The translations under genes and the position numbers were made by a program. Below are positions 1 to 5,917 of a stretch of 6,010 nucleotides of DNA, one piece after another. Below the pieces are notes generated by a model. The model ran no database searches. It was not told the origin of the DNA and saw only the letters and a program-made list of their open reading frames with translations. The DNA comes from Promethearchaeia archaeon. Lineage in GTDB: Archaea > Asgardarchaeota > Lokiarchaeia > Sigyniarchaeales > SOKP01. The DNA is taken from NCBI GenBank assembly GCA_046497275.1, contig JAWOFX010000056.1:1-6010 (forward strand). Reading direction: 5' to 3'. Each line of letters opens with the position of its first letter. Positions within the stretch are counted from its first letter, which is position 1.

Positions 1-96
1 AAATGGCACGACTGCACCAACTGCCACAAATTTGGATTGAACAGCAATACCCCACTCCCGAGTTTTCTTATCAAATGCGACAATTGAAAATGTCAT
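1..96 (-). CDS. DUF1028 family protein (Ntn-hydrolase-like), 5' part only, runs off the left edge
   Basis: Not in the ORF track. The reverse complement from ATG at 96 reads [32 protein letters not shown], matching the typical DUF1028 N-terminus (MTFSIVA-D--TGE-GVAV-SKFLAVGAVVP). Thr2 is the expected N-terminal nucleophile. AAGTGA SD-like motif just upstream. Confidence 0.88.
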   Translation of the reverse strand, partial: MTFSIVAFDKKTREWGIAVQSKFVAVGAVVPF

Positions 97-224
97 TGTT
101 ATGATTCACTTTTACTTGATTTTTATATGTATTATATAAAGAAAGTATAATTTGTTTTAGTTTATTATATTTACTTTATTATATTTTGTAACACATTAAA
201 ATTAATTAAAAACTAATTGAAGCT
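97..224. promoter_or_regulatory. Divergent promoter region between DUF1028 and the epimerase gene
   Basis: 128-bp very AT-rich spacer between head-to-head start codons, with several TATA-like stretches (e.g. TTATATAAA around 132-140). Exact elements cannot be assigned. Confidence 0.5.
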
Positions 225-1124
225 ATGAAAATACTTATCACTGGAAGCTCGGGTTTTATCGGTTCTCATCTTAAGGAATTTTTAAAATTAAAAGGAAATG
301 AGGTCATTGATTTTGATGTAAGAGAAAACCCTCTTGAGGATATTAGAGATATCCATCAACTTCAAAAAAAATTAAAAGGAATAGGTGGGATAGTACATTT
401 GGCGGCTGTTAGTCGGGTTAAAACAGGGTATGAAAATCCCCTCATTTGCGCTTCTATTAATATGGAGGGAACTGTTAATGTTTTAGAGGCAGCAAGGAAT
501 AATCCTGAGAATCCTTGGGTAATTTTTGGTTCCTCTCGGGAAGTTTTTGGTAATCCTGAAGAGCTTCCAGCAACAGAAAAAACTCATCGTAAACCTATCA
601 ATATCTATGGAATTTCTAAAAAGGCTGGAGAGGAATTTTGCAAAAGCTATTCTGAAAATTATGGTCTTAAAACAAGAGTTTTAAGATTTTCTAATGTGTA
701 TACTGGTCCAAATGATCAGTTAGATAGAGTCATACCAAAATTTATTCTACGAGCTTTTCGGGGTGAAAATTTATATATAAATGGTAACGGAGAAGAAATG
801 ATTTTTGATTTCACTTATATCGATGATGTGATTAAGGGAATTTGGGGATGTGTTCAAGACATCCAAAATAGGAACGATAAATATAATGATTTTATTTTGG
901 GAACTGGGAAACCTATTTCTCTAAAAAAACTAGCGGAAATTATTGTTGAAAAAGCTAAAAAGGATGTTGAGATCCATTATAGAGAAGCCAGAACATACGA
1001 TGTAGACAAGTTCTATGCTAATCCAAACAAGGCAATGAAATTTTTGAATTTTGAACCCCAAATTAGTTTAGAAGAGGGAATTGATTTGGTGATTGAAAAT
1101 TTCAAAAAAGAAGGTCTTATATAG
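225..1124 (+). CDS. NAD-dependent epimerase/dehydratase (extended SDR family; UDP-glucose 4-epimerase/dTDP-glucose dehydratase-like), 299 aa
   Basis: N-terminal Rossmann motif ILITGSSGFIG (GxxGxxG), HLAA motif, catalytic Ser in FGSSREVFG, YxxxK (YGISK), RFSNVYTGP and DFTYIDD motifs. Substrate cannot be called. Confidence 0.93.
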   Translation: MKILITGSSGFIGSHLKEFLKLKGNEVIDFDVRENPLEDIRDIHQLQKKLKGIGGIVHLAAVSRVKTGYENPLICASINMEGTVNVLEAARNNPENPWVIFGSSREVFGNPEELPATEKTHRKPINIYGISKKAGEEFCKSYSENYGLKTRVLRFSNVYTGPNDQLDRVIPKFILRAFRGENLYINGNGEEMIFDFTYIDDVIKGIWGCVQDIQNRNDKYNDFILGTGKPISLKKLAEIIVEKAKKDVEIHYREARTYDVDKFYANPNKAMKFLNFEPQISLEEGIDLVIENFKKEGLI

Positions 1125-1248
1125 TTTTAATTTTAAGCTAAGATCTTTTCATTAATTCTTAGTAAGCTTTCTGAATCATTCCTTTCTGGAATAAAATAAT
1201 TTCCTTAAATGATGAATGCTCCATTAGATCCAACAAGTTTTTATAATA

Positions 1249-1267
1249 ATACACATTGATACACATT
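1249..1267 (+). repeat. Tandem direct repeat ATACACATT x2 with 10-bp period
   Basis: ATACACATT at 1249-1257 and 1259-1267, directly after TTTTTATAAT (1238-1247). Same core as the 1442-1510 array. Confidence 0.8.
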
Positions 1268-1433
1268 ACGAAAAAAGGCATTAATTGTAGTTAGAAGGAA
1301 TTTCTTCGTCTTTTTTAATAACTATATCAAGTTTTTTATTGATTAAAACAGAGATTTTACCTATTATTATTATTTTGGTTGCCTAGATTTTGTTGATCCC
1401 AATTTTATTGATAGATTCATCTGGGAGTTTTCT

Positions 1434-1514
1434 TGTATTAATACACAACATTTAAATATGGATGTGTATTCTATCTAATTAAGTACACAATAATAAAAAT
1501 AAAATACACAATAA
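1434..1514. repeat. Phased TACACA box array (four boxes at exact 21-bp spacing, one inverted) plus a 12-bp palindrome; putative operator
   Basis: TACACA 1442-1447, TGTGTA 1463-1468, TACACA 1484-1489, TACACA 1505-1510. AATACACA-N15-TGTGTATT inverted repeat (1440-1470). TACACAATAA direct repeat (1484-1493, 1505-1514). Perfect palindrome TGTATTAATACA (1434-1445). Confidence 0.8.
1451..1458 (+). promoter_or_regulatory. Putative archaeal TATA box (TTTAAATA) for the 39-aa ORF
   Basis: Matches the archaeal TTTAWATA consensus and lies inside the spacer of the AATACACA...TGTGTATT inverted repeat, about 75 bp upstream of ATG 1533. Confidence 0.5.
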
Positions 1515-1532
1515 ATAGAGGTAAAATAAAAA

Positions 1533-1652
1533 ATGAATATGAAAAGAATTAGGAAAGCATTTGGAAAGGACGAGATTAATCATGAGTCTATTAGTAATAT
1601 AAAAAGTAAAATAGACAGCCAAATGATAAGAAATAATATTATAACCTATTAA
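1533..1652 (+). CDS. Small hypothetical protein, 39 aa (MNMKRIRKAFGKDEINHESISNIKSKIDSQMIRNNIITY)
   Basis: Below the ORF-track cutoff. GAGGT SD at 1518-1522 sits 10 nt before ATG 1533; TAA at 1650-1652 is followed immediately by T8-GCG-T9. Alternative start at Met3 (1539). Confidence 0.65.
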   Translation: MNMKRIRKAFGKDEINHESISNIKSKIDSQMIRNNIITY

Positions 1653-1653
1653 A

Positions 1654-1673
1654 TTTTTTTTGCGTTTTTTTTT
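1654..1673 (+). terminator. Oligo-T archaeal-type terminator after the 39-aa ORF
   Basis: TTTTTTTT-GCG-TTTTTTTTT starting 2 nt after the stop codon; the longest T tracts seen in the window. Confidence 0.7.
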
Positions 1674-1765
1674 AAAAATTATTCAGAAAAAATGTGTTAG
1701 TATAACCAAAAATAAAAATAAGAAAAAAAAATAAAGATAAAAGATAAATAAACATAAGAGAGAAA

Positions 1766-2755
1766 ATGAATATAAAAAAGAATAAAGAAGAAGAAAATAT
1801 TATTGAAGAGGAAAACGAAGAAAAGAAGAGTAAAAAAGTGAGTTCCGAGGAGAAGAAAGAGGATTTAGAGGAAACTTTAGAGGATTATGAGGAAGAATAT
1901 GAAGATTTAATGGATGAATTAGAAGACATCAAGGATGAAGTCGAAGATATTTTAGAAGATATAAAAGATTTGGAAGAGAATTTGTTTGAAAAACAACAAG
2001 AAAAAGAGGATGCAGAAACTGAAATTAAAAGACATAAAATAGAAAACAAAATACATGAACTTAAAGAAGAAAAAGCAAAACTTAAGAGCAAACTTGCCAA
2101 CGCAAAGAAGAAAGAGAAAGAAACAGTGAAGAAAATTAAAGATGCAGCCCATAAGATGGAAGAAGCGAGAAAAAAATATGTTCGTATGAATATATCTCTC
2201 CCATCTAACATGAAAGAGGATTGGAAAGATTTAGCTGATGATATCAATACATCCGTTTCAGAATTAATTCGGAGTGCGGTGGGAGCAGTAGGTCCTGTAT
2301 TGAAGAATCTCAAAAGTATAAAGGATTTGGAAAAATTGGGGGATTCAATTGATAAATGGGGTGAAGATCTTGAAATAGAAATTAAAAGGTCTGGAATTGA
2401 GGAGTTAGGTAAAAATTTAGAAATTAAATTTGATAAAGAGTATGAAAGTCCCAGAGCTAAACCACCCAAACCTCCTACACCACCCAAACCACCATCTTAT
2501 CAGAAAAAAAATCTGGAACGGATAAAAAAGCGCATTTATGGATTAATCAAACTACAAAAATCGTTGCCTATTTCAAAATTGGCCCAAGTATTATCAATCT
2601 CAGAGGGAAAGGCAGAGAACCTCATTTATGAATTAGCAGCGGAGGGGATTGAGGGTCAACTAGAGGAAAATGTATTCACATTTAAGAATTCCACAGAAGA
2701 AGTAATCGAAAAAGTATATGAATTAATTGAAAAGATGTATGAAACAGAAGGGTGA
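1766..2755 (+). CDS. Multidomain putative DNA-binding protein: acidic/basic coiled coil + ribbon-helix-helix (CopG/MetJ-like) + Pro-rich linker + C-terminal winged helix (PCI-like), 329 aa
   Basis: Heptads LEDYEEE-YEDLMDE-LEDIKDE-VEDILED-IKDLEEN-L. RHH pattern KYVRMNISLPSNMKEDWKDLADDINTSVSELIRSAV (about 2174-2281). PRAKPPKPPTPPKPP linker (2450-2494). wHTH-like KRIYGLIKLQKSLPISKLAQVLSISEGKAENLIYELAAEGIEGQLEENVFTF. ORF reality is high confidence; domain calls are by eye. Confidence 0.75.
   Translation: MNIKKNKEEENIIEEENEEKKSKKVSSEEKKEDLEETLEDYEEEYEDLMDELEDIKDEVEDILEDIKDLEENLFEKQQEKEDAETEIKRHKIENKIHELKEEKAKLKSKLANAKKKEKETVKKIKDAAHKMEEARKKYVRMNISLPSNMKEDWKDLADDINTSVSELIRSAVGAVGPVLKNLKSIKDLEKLGDSIDKWGEDLEIEIKRSGIEELGKNLEIKFDKEYESPRAKPPKPPTPPKPPSYQKKNLERIKKRIYGLIKLQKSLPISKLAQVLSISEGKAENLIYELAAEGIEGQLEENVFTFKNSTEEVIEKVYELIEKMYETEG
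2751..2755 (+). promoter_or_regulatory. Shine-Dalgarno GGTGA of the MFS gene, overlapping the stop codon of the upstream gene
   Basis: GGTGA at 2751-2755 contains the TGA stop (2753-2755); ATG follows at 2760. Confidence 0.7.
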
Positions 2756-2759
2756 AAAT

Positions 2760-4052
2760 ATGGAAATAGAGCCAACAAATAAATCATTTAAAGATTATTT
2801 AATTTTTTGGTCAGGACAACTTTTTTCTTTACTTGGATCCATTGTTATTCAGTTTGTTATGATTTGGTGGATAGAAATCAAATATTCGAATGTTTTATAT
2901 CTATCATTAGCGAGCTTTTTCTTTATTTTACCCATGGTAGTTTTGATGCCTTTAGGGGGAGTTCTATCTGACCGATATAGCAAGAGAAAGTTAATTTTTA
3001 CCGTAGATTCCCTTCAAGCTTTTGTAACTTTTATTTTAATTATCATATTCACATTAAATTTGGGATCTATCTGGATCGTATTCATATTCATTATACTTAG
3101 AAGCAGTCTTCAAGCCATCCATCAACCGGTGGTAAGTTCTATAGCTCCTTCTATGGTTCCCAAAGATAAATTGAGTCGGATTAACGGGATAAATTTTCTT
3201 TTTTCAGGATTGATTCAATTAATAGGACAGCCATTAGGAGCATTGTTATATTTTCTTCTTCCTTTCAATCAAATTTTCTGGATTGACATTGGAACATTTT
3301 TAATATCCGTAATCCCCTTAGCTTTAATAAGGATTCCTAAAGTGAGAGAAATTGATATATTAGATAAGTTGAATGTGAAGTCATTTATTAAGGATCTTAA
3401 GGAAGGTTTCGCAATTTTAAAGGCAATACCAGGTTTATTGATTTTATTATTCGTGAGTGTTTTAGCTAATTTTCTTTTACAACCCGTAAATGTCTTATTA
3501 GCAAATTATATTCACACAATTCATGGAGGAGCGGAATTTGAGTATAGTTTAATTTCATTATTAATGAATGCTGGTTTTATTTTTGGAGCAGGAATAACTT
3601 CAATCAAAAAGAAATGGAATCGGAAGATTTTAACTATGCTTTTAGGAATAATAATAGTAGGAATCGGATATGCACTATTAGCTTTTATCCCAACTGGAGC
3701 GTTTTTAATAATAGGGGGAATCTTTTTTGTATTTGGAAGTATATTACCTATAATAAACACAATTTATCAAACAATATTGCAAATATCCGTTCCAAAAGAT
3801 AAAATTGGTCGCGTATCATCTCTTGATATGACTTTTTCAATGATGGCCTCTCCAATCGGAAGTTTAATTTCTGGACCGATCGCAATTATAATCTCTGTTG
3901 AGGCGCTTTTTTTAAGTTCTGGATTAATTCTTATAGGCCTAATAGGTTCAATATACCTTTTTACTAATATACGCCATATAAGATATGAAGAAGAAGCCAC
4001 AGAAATGGAAAGTATCGAAAAAAAAATGCAAAAATTGGATAAAATAATATAA
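2760..4052 (+). CDS. MFS transporter, DHA3/MefA-like (macrolide-efflux-type) exporter, 430 aa
   Basis: About 12 hydrophobic helices, FWSGQLFSLLGS TM1 signature, motif A GGVLSDRYSKRK, SINGINF/GRVSS loop motifs. Start moved from 2727 to ATG 2760 (MEIEPTNK) because of the GGTGA SD and to avoid overlap with the upstream CDS. Confidence 0.93.
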   Translation: MEIEPTNKSFKDYLIFWSGQLFSLLGSIVIQFVMIWWIEIKYSNVLYLSLASFFFILPMVVLMPLGGVLSDRYSKRKLIFTVDSLQAFVTFILIIIFTLNLGSIWIVFIFIILRSSLQAIHQPVVSSIAPSMVPKDKLSRINGINFLFSGLIQLIGQPLGALLYFLLPFNQIFWIDIGTFLISVIPLALIRIPKVREIDILDKLNVKSFIKDLKEGFAILKAIPGLLILLFVSVLANFLLQPVNVLLANYIHTIHGGAEFEYSLISLLMNAGFIFGAGITSIKKKWNRKILTMLLGIIIVGIGYALLAFIPTGAFLIIGGIFFVFGSILPIINTIYQTILQISVPKDKIGRVSSLDMTFSMMASPIGSLISGPIAIIISVEALFLSSGLILIGLIGSIYLFTNIRHIRYEEEATEMESIEKKMQKLDKII

Positions 4053-4108
4053 TAACAGAAGGAATCTTTCATTCAAATGCTAATGAGCAATTATTAAATT
4101 TATCTATC

Positions 4109-4139
4109 TTTTTGAAGTTCTTTAATTTTTTAATTTTTT
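4109..4139 (+). terminator. T-tract putative terminator after the MFS gene
   Basis: T5 (4109-4113), T6 (4126-4131) and T6 (4134-4139) downstream of the stop at 4052. May overlap the promoter of the next gene. Confidence 0.4.
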
Positions 4140-4185
4140 ATAATATTAAAACAAATTTTTTATTTATTCAAGTCTAATCCTATTT

Positions 4186-5466
4186 GTGAATTTCAACTCA
4201 TATCCTTATGTCCCAAATTATATTATTCTAAGGAAATATAAAAATCATAATATTTACGATTTATATAACGATGAATCTTATATTATAGATGAAGAAGCTT
4301 ATGAAATATTGAAATCTGCGGATGGCTTAAATACAATAAGTCAAATTGTGGAAAACTTTCCAGATAATAAAAAAAACATAGTGTTAAAGGGCATAGAACA
4401 ATTTGAACAGCTCGGAATTATAAAAGTGAGCTCATCGAAAATTTTAAGCGAGCAGATAAAATCACTTCAACATATTAACATCCCCAATGATAATCCGTTC
4501 AAACCTCCATATCTCAAAAATCTTATGATTAATATCACTGAACGTTGTAATCTTTCATGCAAACATTGCTATATCACAGAAAAAAATAAGATTGATATGC
4601 CCTTAAAAGATATAATATCCATTATAAATGATTTTTATAAATATCAAGGCATTAGACTAATTTTAACTGGAGGAGAACCGTTATTATACTCTCAATTTAA
4701 AGAATTATTGACTAAACTAACATTAATCCCCCTCCAAAAAGTAATATTAACGAATGGGGTATTAATTAGCGAAATAGAAGAAGAAACACTTAATCTCTTG
4801 AAAAAAAATTATTTTGAGGTATTTGTAAGTATAGATGGGTTGGAAAAAAGTCATAATGATTTTAGAAACGCAAATAGTTTTAATGCTACTATCAAAGGAA
4901 TTAAAAAATTACTCAATAATGATATAACAGTATCTATAAATACAATGGTCCATAAGCAAAATCTTGATGAATTTGAAGGAATTTATAAGATAATTTCAGA
5001 TTTGGGAAAGATCAGAAACTGGTCAATTGATATTCCCACCTTTGATGAAGAGACTCCTAAAAAAATTAGAGAGAAATATGAAATATCCTATGAGGAGGGC
5101 GGAGAAGTATTGAAGAATTATGGATGGGGTGTAATCTATGAAACTCCTTCGGAAGGAGAAGAAGTTGATTATGCGTGCGGCCCTTATCTGATGGCCGTGG
5201 ATGTAATAGGTAATATAACAAAATGTGGTTTCAATTTTTATGATGAGAGTGTTGGAAATGTGTTCAAATTAGGGTTGAAAAAAAGTTGGGAATTAATTCA
5301 AGAAAATCTCAATTGGTCCATTCAAGATCTTGAATGTACCAAAATAGAATGTGAATACTTAAATGAGTGTAGAGGGGGATGCCGTTATCGTGCACTACAA
5401 CATACTGGTGAGATTCACGGAATTGATTCATTTAAATGTTATCAGTTTGGAAAATTAAAAAATTAG
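4186..5466 (+). CDS. Radical SAM/SPASM domain protein with N-terminal PqqD/RRE-like winged-helix domain, 426 aa
   Basis: CxxxCxxC (ITERCNLSCKHCY), LTGGEPLL, TNG and VSIDG motifs. SPASM with 7 Cys: C-x10-G-x4-C ... C-x4-C-x5-C-x3-C-x18-C. N-terminal ~80 aa (YIIDEEAYEILKSADGLNTISQIVENF...IEQFEQLGII) fits the PqqD/RRE pattern. Start is GTG; the upstream in-frame stop is at 4147-4149. Confidence 0.93.
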   Translation: MNFNSYPYVPNYIILRKYKNHNIYDLYNDESYIIDEEAYEILKSADGLNTISQIVENFPDNKKNIVLKGIEQFEQLGIIKVSSSKILSEQIKSLQHINIPNDNPFKPPYLKNLMINITERCNLSCKHCYITEKNKIDMPLKDIISIINDFYKYQGIRLILTGGEPLLYSQFKELLTKLTLIPLQKVILTNGVLISEIEEETLNLLKKNYFEVFVSIDGLEKSHNDFRNANSFNATIKGIKKLLNNDITVSINTMVHKQNLDEFEGIYKIISDLGKIRNWSIDIPTFDEETPKKIREKYEISYEEGGEVLKNYGWGVIYETPSEGEEVDYACGPYLMAVDVIGNITKCGFNFYDESVGNVFKLGLKKSWELIQENLNWSIQDLECTKIECEYLNECRGGCRYRALQHTGEIHGIDSFKCYQFGKLKN

Positions 5467-5523
5467 TATCAAATAACAATTTTAAATTTTAATTTCATAA
5501 AAAATGTGAAAAGTGATTATAAT

Positions 5524-5769
5524 ATGGCTAAAAAACATAAAATTCTAAGAACAGAAGAGGATATAAGCCCTCTAAATCGAAAATTAATTAACGCTGTGTG
5601 TCATAAATGTAATTTCTATGCTGAGGATCAAGAATATTGGGAAAGGGAATATGAGTGTGGAGCCTATAAACTTATTAGGCAGATGGTTAAAGAAGACATG
5701 ATTACTATCGATGATATAGAGAATTTTTTTACAAGAGTGGATTTGAATCCTGAAAGAGAACTAAGATAA
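5524..5769 (+). CDS. Small Cys-containing hypothetical protein (CxxC-x15-C), 81 aa
   Basis: ATG 5524 is preceded by AAGTGA (5510-5515) and is preferred over GTG 5506. Protein-like composition with VCHKCNFYAEDQEYWEREYECGAYKLIRQMV. Confidence 0.8.
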   Translation: MAKKHKILRTEEDISPLNRKLINAVCHKCNFYAEDQEYWEREYECGAYKLIRQMVKEDMITIDDIENFFTRVDLNPERELR

Positions 5770-5799
5770 GGATGATCTATTACAGCTCAATCCCGTAGC

Positions 5800-5838
5800 T
5801 AGATTAAAAAATCTAAATTCTATTTTCTTTCTCTTTTT
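5800..5838 (+). terminator. Short hairpin plus pyrimidine tract, putative terminator
   Basis: TAGATT-AAAA-AATCTA (5800-5815), followed by TTCTATTTTCTTTCTCTTTTT to 5838. Confidence 0.35.
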
Positions 5839-5917
5839 AAATTATTAATATAAAGGTTTTATAGTTTCCTATTCTACTTAAAACAACTTATAAGCGAAAT
5901 ATAATGAATGTTTAATT

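Noticed and set aside
161-186. Direct repeat TTTATTATATTT at 161-172 and 175-186
   Set aside because: Pure A/T low-complexity sequence, expected by chance in this promoter region.
1159-1278. Minus-strand 40-aa ORF (MPFFVMCINVYYYKNLLDLMEHSSFKEIILFQKGMIQKAY) and a neighbouring stop-interrupted frame (KLVGSNGAFII*GNYFIPERNDSESLLRINEKILA)
   Set aside because: No RBS or family similarity, and it runs through the ATACACATT repeats. A decayed gene cannot be excluded without a homology search.
1281-1451. Minus-strand frame MLCINTRKLPDESINKIGINKI*ATKIIIIGKISVLINKKLDIVIKKDEEIPSNYN* as a possible TAG (pyrrolysine) readthrough gene or pseudogene
   Set aside because: No SD, no recognisable homology, low-complexity ATA repeats, and no pyl machinery visible. 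Most likely noise in AT-rich DNA.
1434-1514. TACACA array as a CRISPR array or transposon end
   Set aside because: The repeats are only 6-10 bp with mixed orientation, and there are no cas or transposase genes or target-site duplications.
1885-2487. 200-aa minus-strand ORF, and the nested 66-aa ORF at 1952-2152
   Set aside because: Antisense shadows of the A/G-rich Glu/Lys coding strand. The Ser/Phe/Leu-rich composition follows from that, and there are no motifs.
2727-2759. Track start of the MFS at 2727 (MKRCMKQKGEN extension)
   Set aside because: It overlaps the upstream CDS, while ATG 2760 has a properly placed GGTGA SD.
3521-4072. Minus-strand ORFs 3521-3760 and 3767-4072, and plus-strand alternate-frame ORF 3614-3802
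   Set aside because: They overlap the clearly real MFS gene and show no recognisable motifs or SD.
4186-5466. Assigning a specific gene name (pqqE, mftC, ahbC/ahbD, nirJ) to the rSAM
   Set aside because: Shared motifs are family-wide, and none of the diagnostic partner genes (pqqA-D, mftAB, ahbAB) are present in the window.
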